DNA of 64,000 bases from Actinomycetota bacterium (GCA_009702835.1 WLHF01000001.1:10673-74672); one strand, 5' to 3'; counted from the first letter of the stretch, positions 9,720 to 19,521 are shown. Made by a program: numbers and translations. The notes: generated by a model not told the origin, from the sequence alone.

Positions 9720-11237
9720 CTAATACTTTGAGAGCACTGCCATAGCCGCGTTATGTCCTGGCACTCCACTGACTCCACCGCCACGAATGGCGCCTGCACC
9801 ACATATAAAGATGCGGGGATCATCGGTTTCGACGCCCCAGCTTGGTGCAGATCCATCTTCACGAAATGGAAAGTGTAGATCGCGATGGAAGATATTTCCG
9901 CGGGGTAAACCAATCTCCTGCTCAATATCGAGTGGAGTCTTAACCTCAATACCTGCAATTAAATCTTCGACAGGTTCGGCTAAATATTGATTGAATGATG
10001 CAAACGCTGATCCCAGGGCTGCCTTGCGCGCCGATTCATTATCGGCATCAAAGAGCGTTGCAGGGGTATGCAAACCAAAAAGAGTCAGAGTGTGATATCC
10101 CAACTCAGCAAGCTCAGGGCTAAGAATTGAGGGATCACTCAATGTGTGGCAATACATTTCAATCGGCAAGAGTGCGGGCATGTGACCGCTCTGTGCAGCG
10201 CTAAAAACGCCTTCACACTGTGAAAAACTCTCGTTGGCATGGAATGTTCCGGCAAAGGCTAAACGTGGATCCATACCGGATTTAAGTTGCGGTAAGCGCT
10301 TTAGTAAAATATTAATCTTCATCTGCGCGCCATCAAGGCTTTTAGGTTTATCCAAGCCTCTCAAAGCTGCCAATGTTTGCGGTGCAGCATTTGATAAGAG
10401 ATACGAGGCTCGAACCTGCCGACCGTTTTCGGTTGTAACCCTGACTCCATCACTATCACTTTCAACTTTAACCACAGGCTGGTTTACTTCGATTTCAACT
10501 CCAGCCTCTCCCGCTACTCGCTCAAGCTCGCTCACAAGTGCACCCATGCCACCCTTTGGAACTTTCCACTCCCCCGTGCCATTGCCCATAAGGTGATAGA
10601 GAAAACAGATATTTGATTGCAACTCAAAAGCTGAAGCAAAAGTTCCGATAAGTGCGTCGGTTAATACAACGCCCCGTACTAAATCACCAGTAAAGCGCTC
10701 TGTGATTATTTCACCAATTGGTTTTTCTATCATGTAATCCCAGACATCTGGCAATGCGATTAAATCTCGCAACTCACTGCGTGTCATCAGAGGCTTAAGT
10801 AGCGTGGGTGCAATGCGCTGGGCGAATTCAGCTATCTCTCCATAAAATCTCTGCCAGGCCTGGCTTTCATGGCCAGTTGAATCAAGGCGATTAAATGACT
10901 CTTGAGTTGTTGCATCCCACACTCGAGAAACTAATAGCCCCTCACTCTTACCCTCGCGCTCATACGGTGTGTAACTTGAAATAGTTCGAGAGATACATTC
11001 AAAGCTCAGTCCTAAATCCTTAACTATTGAATCGGGTAATAGAGAGACAAGGTAGGAGTAACGTGAAATCCGAGCATCAAAGCCCTCAAAGGCGCGAACA
11101 CTTGTTGTGGCTCCCCCGATTTGCGGGTTAGCCTCCAGAATACGAACTTTTTTGCCGGCACGGGCTAGATAGGCCGCGGCAACTAAACCATTATGACCAG
11201 CGCCAATGATGATGACATCGCAGTCATTAGTGCTCAT
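9720..11237 (-). CDS. FAD-dependent oxidoreductase, phytoene dehydrogenase-related family
   Basis: IIGAGHNGLVAAAYLA; PKGGMG; GNIFH; CGAGAIRGGGVSGVPGHNAA. Confidence 0.88.
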   Translation of the reverse strand: MSTNDCDVIIIGAGHNGLVAAAYLARAGKKVRILEANPQIGGATTSVRAFEGFDARISRYSYLVSLLPDSIVKDLGLSFECISRTISSYTPYEREGKSEGLLVSRVWDATTQESFNRLDSTGHESQAWQRFYGEIAEFAQRIAPTLLKPLMTRSELRDLIALPDVWDYMIEKPIGEIITERFTGDLVRGVVLTDALIGTFASAFELQSNICFLYHLMGNGTGEWKVPKGGMGALVSELERVAGEAGVEIEVNQPVVKVESDSDGVRVTTENGRQVRASYLLSNAAPQTLAALRGLDKPKSLDGAQMKINILLKRLPQLKSGMDPRLAFAGTFHANESFSQCEGVFSAAQSGHMPALLPIEMYCHTLSDPSILSPELAELGYHTLTLFGLHTPATLFDADNESARKAALGSAFASFNQYLAEPVEDLIAGIEVKTPLDIEQEIGLPRGNIFHRDLHFPFREDGSAPSWGVETDDPRIFICGAGAIRGGGVSGVPGHNAAMAVLSKY

Positions 11238-12406
11238 TACAGTGTGCGAACTATGCGATCAATTGCCTCAGTAATAATCTCTGGACTTGTAGCAAAGTTA
11301 AGTCGCACATACTGTGAACACTGCGCCCCATATGAGTGCCCTGGATTAAAGGCCACTCGTCCCTTTTCTAAGAGAGTTTGTGTTGGGTTCTCACCTAGAT
11401 TAAGGCTTTCAAGATCGAGCCAGGCTAGATAACTATTGTGGGGAATATGGTATTTAACGCTTGGCAATTTAGTTGTAAGTAAATCACGGATGAGAAAGCG
11501 GTTGTGATCAAGCTGCTTAATGACTGAATCAAGCCATACACCACCTTCGGCAAATGCAGCTGCCGATGCGAAAGCACCCAGAATCGATGCTCTGAAGTGA
11601 ACAGCCCTAGGCATCTCATCTAACTTTGTATTTATTGCATCGTTTTGCGAAACAATAATTGCACATTTTAATCCTGCAATATTCCAACCCTTAGATGCTG
11701 CAGTGATCGTAATACCAACTTCGCGGGCGCTCTCACTAATCGTTAGGAATGGGATAAAGCGCTTTTCTGCAAATGTCAGGGGGGCATGAATCTCATCGCT
11801 AATTACTAATACTCCGTATTTCTTGGCCATCTCGGCGATACGGGTGAGCTCATCTTTTGAAAAGACTCGGCCCAATGGATTATGCGGAGAGCACATAAGG
11901 TGAACTTTTAAACCAGCGGCATAGGCTTTTTCGACCTCATCTAAATCTAACTGCCAGGGATTATCGCTATCACTCTGTGGGCCTGTGCGAGTAAAAGGAA
12001 CATCAACTTTTGTAAGATGTGTTTCATCAATCCAGTTATAAAAGTTTTGATAAACAGGTGAATTAATCAAAATCGTGTCGCCAGGTTTTGTGAAAACACG
12101 TAGAACCTCTACAACTCCTACACCGACATCGGCTGCAACACCTACCTGCGAGGTATCAACGCTCCAGTTCCAGCGTTCTGCGGCAAACTTAGCAAATCCA
12201 GCGGCAAGCTCGGGCACTGATCCTAAGTAACCGAGATCAGATTGCGCCACCATTTCGGCTAGCACTGCGCGGATTGAATCGGCGACTGGAAAATCCATCT
12301 CAGCAACGGGAAGTGGCAGAACATCACGATCAAAGCCACGCCACTTTTCTGAGTGGTGTGTAAGAAGTTTGGCTAGCGAGGGCGCTTGTACATTGCTGTC
12401 AGTCAT
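11237..12406 (-). CDS. MalY/PatB family PLP C-S lyase (cystathionine beta-lyase)
   Basis: SEKW, LPVAEMDF, CSPHNPLG, ISDEIH, ASKGWNIAG, VRLNFAT. Confidence 0.9.
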   Translation of the reverse strand: MTDSNVQAPSLAKLLTHHSEKWRGFDRDVLPLPVAEMDFPVADSIRAVLAEMVAQSDLGYLGSVPELAAGFAKFAAERWNWSVDTSQVGVAADVGVGVVEVLRVFTKPGDTILINSPVYQNFYNWIDETHLTKVDVPFTRTGPQSDSDNPWQLDLDEVEKAYAAGLKVHLMCSPHNPLGRVFSKDELTRIAEMAKKYGVLVISDEIHAPLTFAEKRFIPFLTISESAREVGITITAASKGWNIAGLKCAIIVSQNDAINTKLDEMPRAVHFRASILGAFASAAAFAEGGVWLDSVIKQLDHNRFLIRDLLTTKLPSVKYHIPHNSYLAWLDLESLNLGENPTQTLLEKGRVAFNPGHSYGAQCSQYVRLNFATSPEIITEAIDRIVRTL

Positions 12407-12528
12407 CGCAGAAGGCTACCCTGCAGAACTAATGTAGGTGAAACGAGATCGGGCTATAGAGGTGGAAAACTAGGAAAGTTCGATGGTAATTGGCAATCCC
12501 TTGCAGCATTCCACGGTAAATTCGCTCC

Positions 12529-13125
12529 ATGAGCCAGCAGATAGAGACCCAGATAGATGTAACCCTGACCGAGCGCAACCGCATGAGCGCCTTATTTCGC
12601 ATCATCTTGGTCGTGCCTATGGCGATCTTCGTCGCCTCCTTTGCCCCAACAGATCTGAGTACATCTAACTCAAACTACTTATCCGTTGGCTTCTTTATCT
12701 TGCCTACGGCGCTTGCAATCGTTGTGCGCCAGATTTACCCAACGTATCTACTCGCTTTTAATGAAGCACTCCTTTCGCTTCAAACTCGCGTCGATGCATA
12801 TCTCTTAATGCTTACCGATGAATATCCATCGATAGAAGAAAATGATGTTGTAAGCGTTACATTCCCAGAAGTCGATGCAAAGGCACTTAACCGCTGGCTC
12901 CCACTTATTAAATGGTTTTTCGCGATTCCTTTGTATGTAGTCGGCGTTTTTTACATAGTTTATTTATCTCTCTTAACGATTGCTGGCTGGTTTAGCATCC
13001 TCTTTACCGGCAACTATCCAGAGAAATGTGCAGAAGGCGTAGTTGGAACGATTGCTTACTGGAACCGCGTCATTGGCTACGCATTTCTGATGGTCACTGA
13101 TGAGTATCCATCTTTTTCACTCTAA
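12529..13125 (+). CDS. DUF4389 family membrane protein
   Basis: Two repeats ending R-V-x-x-Y...TDEYP. Confidence 0.8.
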   Translation: MSQQIETQIDVTLTERNRMSALFRIILVVPMAIFVASFAPTDLSTSNSNYLSVGFFILPTALAIVVRQIYPTYLLAFNEALLSLQTRVDAYLLMLTDEYPSIEENDVVSVTFPEVDAKALNRWLPLIKWFFAIPLYVVGVFYIVYLSLLTIAGWFSILFTGNYPEKCAEGVVGTIAYWNRVIGYAFLMVTDEYPSFSL

Positions 13126-13128
13126 CTA

Positions 13129-13773
13129 ATGGTAATCCACTCTGCTCAAAAGATGCGACGTATCGTCGCTGAGGTTGGAGAGATGGATCGCAAATTTGCT
13201 CCTCTCATTCAACGTCGTCCTTTATGCACTATTGGTCGAAGCGCACCAAAGGAGTCACATTTTGAATCCTTAGTTGGCTCTGTTATTTCACAACAGTTAG
13301 CAACAAAGGCCGCTGAAACAATTTATGGACGACTCGTAGGACTTTGTACTGGAAGCATTAGCGCCAAAAAAATAATCAGATTAGATGACGTTGCCTTGCG
13401 TGAAATCGGTGTCTCTGGAGCAAAGGTCCGCACAATTAGAGGTTTGGCTAGTTCGGTGATAGATAAAACAATTCCCATTGATCGTATTGACGAGATTCAT
13501 GATGACCAAGAGATTTTTGAAGCGTTAACTTCACTCTGGGGAATCGGAAGATGGACCGTTGAAATGTTTATGATGTTTCAGTTAGGACGCCTTGATATCT
13601 GGCCAACCGGTGATTTAGCTGTTCGCCGGGGCTGGGATATTGTGCATAAAAATAAAGAAGAGATTTTGCCTAAAGAGTTAGATCGCAAAGGTGAGAAATT
13701 ACATCCATATCGCAGTGTTGTAGCGTGGTACTGCTATCAAGGGGTTCATGAAAGCCGTGGGTTGGCTTACTAA
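13129..13773 (+). CDS. DNA-3-methyladenine glycosylase (AlkA/HhH-GPD)
   Basis: ISQQLATKAA, LWGIGRWTVEM, WPTGDLAVR, PYRS. Confidence 0.9.
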   Translation: MVIHSAQKMRRIVAEVGEMDRKFAPLIQRRPLCTIGRSAPKESHFESLVGSVISQQLATKAAETIYGRLVGLCTGSISAKKIIRLDDVALREIGVSGAKVRTIRGLASSVIDKTIPIDRIDEIHDDQEIFEALTSLWGIGRWTVEMFMMFQLGRLDIWPTGDLAVRRGWDIVHKNKEEILPKELDRKGEKLHPYRSVVAWYCYQGVHESRGLAY

Positions 13774-14183
13774 ATATCCTCAAGGATTAATGAGACAGAG
13801 TTAATGCACCAGCGCTCATCGGTTGGGACGTCATAGCCCTCGCCTTTGAAGACGTGACCTAGGTGCGAGCCACATGCAGCGCAGCGTACTTCAGTGCGCA
13901 CTCGTGGAAACAGTGAGCGATCTTCAATTAACTCGACTGCATCATCGGCAGTAGGGGCGTAAAAAGATGGCCATCCGCAGCCTGAATGAAACTTAGTCTC
14001 ACTCTTAAAAAGCACGGCAGTACATGCCTTACATTTATACACTCCGACTTTATCCGTGTCGGTGTACTCACCTGTGAATGGGCGCTCGGTGGCGGCGTTT
14101 CGCAATACATCGTAAGAGAGCGAATCTAGGGATTTGGCTAGCTCGCTCTCATTTATTTTTACTGGATATTTATTCTCACTCAT
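13770..14183 (-). CDS. msrB: Peptide methionine (R)-sulfoxide reductase
   Basis: TERPFTG, KFHSGCGWPSF, HLGHVF, RWCINS. Confidence 0.96.
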   Translation of the reverse strand: MSENKYPVKINESELAKSLDSLSYDVLRNAATERPFTGEYTDTDKVGVYKCKACTAVLFKSETKFHSGCGWPSFYAPTADDAVELIEDRSLFPRVRTEVRCAACGSHLGHVFKGEGYDVPTDERWCINSVSLILEDI

Positions 14184-14707
14184 GCCGGTACACCAGCCGT
14201 TGGATATGCAACGCCAGTGCTGGAATGGCAGTCATAACCATTGGGATTTTTCACTAAATATTTTTGGTGGTACTCCTCTGCCAGGTAGTACGTAACGCCA
14301 TCTGCGCTAATAATCTCGGTTGCAATCTGATCTAAACCCTCGGCAGTTAGTACGCCCTGATAAGCATCGCGCGAAGCAACAGCGTTAACGTACTGCTCAG
14401 CAGTCGTTGTATAAATAGAGCTGCGATACTGAGTTCCGATATCACCGCCCTGACGATTCAGTGACGTTGGATCATGCATCGTCCAAAACTCTTCCAGTAA
14501 AGATTGATAAGAAATCTTTGACTCATCAAATTCAACTTTGACCATCTCAGCATGGCCCGTAGCACCGGAACAGACGCTTTCATACGTTGGATTCTGCGCA
14601 CTGCCACCCATGTAGCCCACAGATGTTTCAACTACACCTGGCATCTGCCAAAAACGGCGCTCGGCGCCCCAGAAGCAGCCTGTTGCAAAGTAGGCGATTG
14701 AACTCAT
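14180..14707 (-). CDS. msrA: Peptide methionine (S)-sulfoxide reductase
   Basis: GCFWG, VGYMGG, TGHAE, HDPT, QYRS, AEEYHQKY; start placed at MSSIAYF. Confidence 0.96.
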   Translation of the reverse strand: MSSIAYFATGCFWGAERRFWQMPGVVETSVGYMGGSAQNPTYESVCSGATGHAEMVKVEFDESKISYQSLLEEFWTMHDPTSLNRQGGDIGTQYRSSIYTTTAEQYVNAVASRDAYQGVLTAEGLDQIATEIISADGVTYYLAEEYHQKYLVKNPNGYDCHSSTGVAYPTAGVPA

Positions 14708-14777
14708 AGGCGTGATTCTTTCAGTTTCACAGCTAATGCGCACCCGCTGATAACCTTGCGCTCGTTAAACCCTATGA

Positions 14778-14849
14778 GCCCCCGTAGCTCAGGGGATAGA
14801 GCACCGCCCTCCGAAGGCGGGTGCACAGGTTCGATTCCTGTCGGGGGCA
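14778..14849 (+). tRNA. tRNA-Arg (anticodon CCG)
   Basis: Acceptor GCCCCCG/CGGGGGC, D-arm, anticodon stem CCGCC-CTCCGAA-GGCGG, T-loop GGTTCGATTCC; CCA not encoded. Confidence 0.96.
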
Positions 14850-15014
14850 CACGCGAGATAAATCACTATAAAAAACGAAATCTTTTCCTCTACATCCTTG
14901 TTAATACCAGTAGAAAGAGAGAGAATGACCACCTTGCGCAGGCATTTGAATGCGTATTCATAATGAAAGTTGATATCCAGGCCCCGCCGCAACGGGGCTA
15001 GAGGAGGCGTGCAC

Positions 15015-15284
15015 ATGGATTGGCGACATCAATCGGCCTGCCGCGATGAAGATCCCGAGCTATTTTTCCCAGTTGGAAACACCGGACCCGCAATTAGCCA
15101 GATCGAAGAGGCTAAAAAAGTCTGTAACCGCTGCATCGTTAAAGAGCCATGCCTTGCATGGGCCCTTGAGAGCGGACAAGATGCTGGAGTCTGGGGTGGA
15201 TTATCAGAGGATGAGCGCCGTGCTCTTAAGCGCCGTGCCGCCCGTAACCGAGCACGGTTACAGGAGCAGCAAAACTCTTTTTAA
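15015..15284 (+). CDS. whiB1: WhiB family Fe-S transcription factor WhiB1/WblE
   Basis: MDWRHQSACRDEDPELFFP, CxxC, GQDAGVWGGLSEDERR; SD GAGGAGG at 15001; next to pdtaS. Confidence 0.95.
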   Translation: MDWRHQSACRDEDPELFFPVGNTGPAISQIEEAKKVCNRCIVKEPCLAWALESGQDAGVWGGLSEDERRALKRRAARNRARLQEQQNSF

Positions 15285-15299
15285 TTAAACATTAAATCT

Positions 15300-16769
15300 C
15301 TACAACGGGAAACGAAGAACCGCCGTAGTTCCTAAATCTGTAGAGGTTAAAGTCAATGTGCCCTTTAACTCATTTTCTGTGAGCGTGCGCACAATCTGTA
15401 AACCTAAGTTAGATGAGGTTGATACATCAAAGGCATCGGGTAGGCCAACTCCATCATCGATTATTGTAACAACGCACTCGTTGCTATAGCGGGCGAGCTT
15501 GATGGAGAGCGTTGAACCTTGCTCTGCTAGCCCGTGTTCAAGGGCGTTATGCATTAACTCGGTGACGACCAAAGACAAAGGTGTTGCTAGGCGCGATTCT
15601 AACAAACCTAGTTCGCCTTCACGCATTATTGTGATTTCGCCCATGCGCGGACTGAGCTCTAATGCATGTGTAATCAAAGTTGTTAAGACGGTGTCAAAGG
15701 CGACGTCATTATCACTACTGCTAGATAGTGTCTCATGCACCAAGGCAATTGATGCGATTCTTCGCACCGCTTCATTAAGAGCCGAAGCCGCACCTGGATC
15801 TTCGATTCGCCTAGCCTGTAAACGCAATAGTGCCGATACTGTCTGTAGATTGTTTTTGACACGGTGATGAATCTCGCGAATCGTTGTGTCTTTGGTAACG
15901 AGTTCGCGGTCACGACGACGTAGCTCTGTTACGTTTTGCAAAAGAACAATTGCACCGATGCGATCATCACCGGCCAGTAGTGGCAAAACAAGCAAATCAA
16001 TCGTTGCACCTTGATTATCAATCTCTACCCTGCGCAAAATCCTTCCATTCAAACGTGTACTTATTCCCTCTTCATGGGCATCGGGTGAGTTCTTCACAAC
16101 GGCTGCGGCGACTTCTCCTAACTTTTGATTTGTGATCTCTCTCTTCCAGCCCATACGACTAAAGGCCGATCGGGCATTAGGGCTTGCAAAAGAGATAACA
16201 CCATTGACATCGAGTCGAATTAATCCATCACCAACGCGTGGTACCGGCTCGAAGAGTGAGCCTGTATCGTGATATGGAAATGAGCCCTCTGAGACCATGC
16301 GATAAAGAGCGTGAGCAATTTCGCGATAGTTAAGCTCTAGTGAGCTAGGTGAGCGCATCAAATCTGAGTTTCTGTGGCGAGAAATTACGGCAATAACCTG
16401 TCCCTGAAAAAAGACCGGAATCGTCTCCTCTTTTATCATGAGCTCGCCGAACTTTTCAGGTTCAGAGTTTCTAATAATCTCTCCACTTGAAAGTGCTTCA
16501 TCGATATGGCTGCGACTACCCCACATCACTTCTTCGCCGATGACATCTTCTGTAAAGACGGTCGCCGCCGTTGTTGGTCGAATATGTGCAACTGCAACGT
16601 GGCCCGTGGGCCAGAGTTTTATATCTTTCCTGATTGGAACCCAGAGAATTAAATCGGCAAATGAGAGATCTGAGAGCAGCTGCCAATCGGCGACTAATTC
16701 GCGCAGGCGGTGAGCTTGATCGATAGAGACAGAGCTGCGCCCATGGATCAAAGATTCAAACTCTGGCAT
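15300..16769 (-). CDS. pdtaS: Cytoplasmic sensor histidine kinase PdtaS (HisKA_2)
   Basis: WQLLSDLSFADL, PRVGDG, REIHHRVKNNLQ, ELMHNALEHG; whiB1 synteny. Confidence 0.9.
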   Translation of the reverse strand: MPEFESLIHGRSSVSIDQAHRLRELVADWQLLSDLSFADLILWVPIRKDIKLWPTGHVAVAHIRPTTAATVFTEDVIGEEVMWGSRSHIDEALSSGEIIRNSEPEKFGELMIKEETIPVFFQGQVIAVISRHRNSDLMRSPSSLELNYREIAHALYRMVSEGSFPYHDTGSLFEPVPRVGDGLIRLDVNGVISFASPNARSAFSRMGWKREITNQKLGEVAAAVVKNSPDAHEEGISTRLNGRILRRVEIDNQGATIDLLVLPLLAGDDRIGAIVLLQNVTELRRRDRELVTKDTTIREIHHRVKNNLQTVSALLRLQARRIEDPGAASALNEAVRRIASIALVHETLSSSSDNDVAFDTVLTTLITHALELSPRMGEITIMREGELGLLESRLATPLSLVVTELMHNALEHGLAEQGSTLSIKLARYSNECVVTIIDDGVGLPDAFDVSTSSNLGLQIVRTLTENELKGTLTLTSTDLGTTAVLRFPL

Positions 16770-16771
16770 CG

Positions 16772-17158
16772 CTATCTCCATTTATCTAACTCTTGTTCAA
16801 TCTCCTGCGTTGCAAACCAGATAAGCTCATCATCACCGTGGTGGGCCAGTAGCGCACATTGAACTTGGCCCCAGGTGATTGGCGCCGTCAATGTGAGTGA
16901 AGCCTCATAGTTTTCCCCGCATTGAGAGTTTTCTAGTTCGATAGCTAAAACTAAGCCAGCTCCAGCTTGTGAGCCCCGGAGTTCAAGGGCTGATTCACCT
17001 GCTAGAACCGATAAGAGATACTCAATCTCTTCCTCATCACAATCTAGGTTCTCACTGATAAAGGCTGGAGTCGGTGCAAAAACCTGATCAGCATCAAAGC
17101 TCTGACTCGCCAGGAATCCAGAGAGATCACTATGGCTGATAGGAAGGTAAGCACGCAT
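16772..17158 (-). CDS. Conserved actinobacterial hypothetical protein (DUF6912-like)
   Basis: MRAYLP...DEEEIEY...LIWFATQEI signature. Confidence 0.75.
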   Translation of the reverse strand: MRAYLPISHSDLSGFLASQSFDADQVFAPTPAFISENLDCDEEEIEYLLSVLAGESALELRGSQAGAGLVLAIELENSQCGENYEASLTLTAPITWGQVQCALLAHHGDDELIWFATQEIEQELDKWR

Positions 17159-17177
17159 GTGCCAATGGTATTAGAAG

Positions 17178-18278
17178 TTAACGAACTATCTCACTAGCTA
17201 TTGTGGCTATTGACTTGCGCAGGCTAGAGCGCTCATTGACCTCGATGAGAGTTGATTTTTGCGCCTCTGCAGCCGTGCTCGCACGTGCATCACGTGCAAT
17301 AACTCGAACATTAAGAGGGCGAAGGGGAGTTGTAATTGCAAGAAACCTTGCTTCTTCATCTGATCCCTTGCGACCTTGAGAGCGCATATTGAGAGTAAAA
17401 CTCAACGCACTTCGAATCGAGGTCTTTTCGATTAATGAACTTACCTGCTCTAACCGGTGTTGACCTAAAACATCTGGGCGCGCAACGACCATCAACTCAT
17501 CTCCTTGATCGCACGACCATGTTGTCATCGTCGATGTCCAACGCCTATCAGTGAGTCGATTAGATAAGCCTGAGATTGAGCCGAGATCTATAATGATGTG
17601 GTCAAAAGATTGTGTCGCCTGCTCCATGAATGCATCAACTGTCGTCGCCTGTTCTTGTGAGATTTCAGCAATTGATAGTGAAGGTGCGATAGAGCGCCAA
17701 CCCGCTTCGCTATGTACATTTCGTACCGCTAGTAATGCGGCAATAGAGGGTGCGCGAAAATTCGCGTCGACTAAAAGTGTTGCCTTTTCAAAGAGACTGA
17801 GCTCCATTGCGATGTTGATGGCTAAAGTTGTGCAGCCGGTACTGCTACCTGCAGATCCAACTGCAAGTACATGAGCTCTGCGACCTTGACGTGAGAGTTG
17901 TGTGCTCTGTCTCAACATAGGCGCACGCACAAAGCCGCGGACCAAGCTAATGAGATCGGTTGCAGTAGTTGGCACACGATGCAGCTCACCTAGTACACCA
18001 TCATGCGTAGGATCATCTGAAAAGCCAAGGAGTTGTTTTACTGTGGCAGAGATTGAATGTAAACGCTCACGAGTGATTCCAGATAAGTCTGGGGCAAAAA
18101 TTAAGATTGCCCCACGTGCACTCTCGGGGCTACTCTTAATATAGCTTTCAAGTGATTCAATATCGATTGCACGATAGATGACACTCCAGCCCTGCGCAAA
18201 GAGTGTGCCCGCGACAAAACCCTCGATCTGGGCGTTAGTAATTGCTGTAATTACTGTTGGAAGCTCTACATCAGACAT
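17178..18278 (-). CDS. CpaE/TadZ/ParA-like P-loop protein with degenerate Walker A
   Basis: Receiver-like N-term; VGSAGSSTGCTTLAINIA, TLLVDAN, FDHIIIDLG; start MSDVE overlaps upstream gene. Confidence 0.75.
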   Translation of the reverse strand: MSDVELPTVITAITNAQIEGFVAGTLFAQGWSVIYRAIDIESLESYIKSSPESARGAILIFAPDLSGITRERLHSISATVKQLLGFSDDPTHDGVLGELHRVPTTATDLISLVRGFVRAPMLRQSTQLSRQGRRAHVLAVGSAGSSTGCTTLAINIAMELSLFEKATLLVDANFRAPSIAALLAVRNVHSEAGWRSIAPSLSIAEISQEQATTVDAFMEQATQSFDHIIIDLGSISGLSNRLTDRRWTSTMTTWSCDQGDELMVVARPDVLGQHRLEQVSSLIEKTSIRSALSFTLNMRSQGRKGSDEEARFLAITTPLRPLNVRVIARDARASTAAEAQKSTLIEVNERSSLRKSIATIASEIVR

Positions 18279-18870
18279 GTGAACGAACCACCACCAAACG
18301 TCCATGAGTTGTTGCAGATAGAAGTCGCAGAACCTGTGTCTCTTCAACCGCCAGAGTTAGTGCCGCATCGGTTCCGAAGTTCTTACTCTTTTGGTCAAAG
18401 CTAAGCAACCTCACTCCCCCTAAGATTAAAACGGGAGCAACGGGTAACTCGCCATTTTGGCTATCAATCACCCAGTAGATATCAACGCCCTCCCCAGCTG
18501 CAATACCTGCAGCGACATCAACTGCGCGGATACTTATGGGCACAGCACTTGCGGCTAAGAGCTCACTACTTGAGCTCACACTCTGGCTAGTCATGATCTG
18601 CCCCGGAGTTAATGCATTCATCACAATTAAACCAAGGGGATCATCACTCTTGGCTAAGTACAGGGAGGCACTTGAATCTAAATCAAATCGTCGTAGAGCA
18701 ATATCACCAGAAACAATCTGATGTCCCTGTGACATTTCAACGCTAGCAACCCAGAAATCACTGCCTCGGTGAGAGAAAGTTGCCAGAAAAAAGGCAGATA
18801 GAAACGAGGCGATGATTAATGTGATTGCTAGTGGTGTGCGGGTGCGTGAAGAAGGCTTGTTATATGGCAT
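18271..18870 (-). CDS. SAF-domain / Flp pilus CpaB(RcpC)-like membrane protein
   Basis: N-terminal TM, WVASVEMSQGHQI (SAF), GEGVDIYW, LTLAV RcpC-like C-term. Confidence 0.7.
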   Translation of the reverse strand: MPYNKPSSRTRTPLAITLIIASFLSAFFLATFSHRGSDFWVASVEMSQGHQIVSGDIALRRFDLDSSASLYLAKSDDPLGLIVMNALTPGQIMTSQSVSSSSELLAASAVPISIRAVDVAAGIAAGEGVDIYWVIDSQNGELPVAPVLILGGVRLLSFDQKSKNFGTDAALTLAVEETQVLRLLSATTHGRLVVVRSHV

Positions 18871-18951
18871 AGCGCGAACTCAAGGGCACTATCGACGAAG
18901 AGATTGGGTTCTATCCACAATCAGCCAAATGGATGAGGAAATATCACCGAT

Positions 18952-19521
18952 TTGGTTGAGGAGAGTCAATCTACAAGCAGCCAATCTATCCACATGACTA
19001 CTAATTCGATCTACAACGAGCTTCCTACATTTAATCAAATCGCTCTCACCGCAATTTCAAGTGATGAGAATGAGGACTGGCTCCATCCAGTCCTTGAAAT
19101 CTTTCGTCCAAAGCCCGAGCTACAACTTCTGAAAAAGAGCAGACTGTATCTAGTTCCTAGTGTCTTTGATGATGAGTTCGATCCTGAATTTGCACCCGAG
19201 CCAACATCGGCCGAAGATTTACCAGAGCTACATGAGTGGAGTACACACTTTGCACAAAATGTTTTAGAGGTCTTTGCCGGGCGTCGTCAACCAACACAGT
19301 TAATAAAGCAGTTTCATCATCGCATCTTCAGCGAGCTAATTAAGAAATCTGGCAGCGAAAAAGAGGTTGGCAAGATTAGAAAACTTCATCTGAGCGAGCC
19401 CCTCGATGGAATCTGCGAGACAACTGTCACGGTTCGATATGGAGACCGCTTACGCGCCCTGACCTTTAGATTCGAGGGCGTGGATAATCGCTGGCTGTGT
19501 ACTGCCTTAACGCTGCTTTAA
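18952..19521 (+). CDS. Rv3235-like (DUF6459) protein; start 18952 (TTG) or 18994 (ATG)
   Basis: [12 protein letters not shown]...EPLDGICE...RALTFRFE...RWLCTAL; convergent with secA as in other actinobacteria. Confidence 0.8.
   Translation: MVEESQSTSSQSIHMTTNSIYNELPTFNQIALTAISSDENEDWLHPVLEIFRPKPELQLLKKSRLYLVPSVFDDEFDPEFAPEPTSAEDLPELHEWSTHFAQNVLEVFAGRRQPTQLIKQFHHRIFSELIKKSGSEKEVGKIRKLHLSEPLDGICETTVTVRYGDRLRALTFRFEGVDNRWLCTALTLL

Noticed and set aside
9720-11237. crtI carotenoid/retinal pathway gene
   Set aside because: No crt neighbours; the motifs fit the broader phytoene-dehydrogenase-related family.
14778-14930. tRNA-Arg as an island integration site
   Set aside because: No integrase and no duplicated tRNA 3' end seen; the flanks are core genes.
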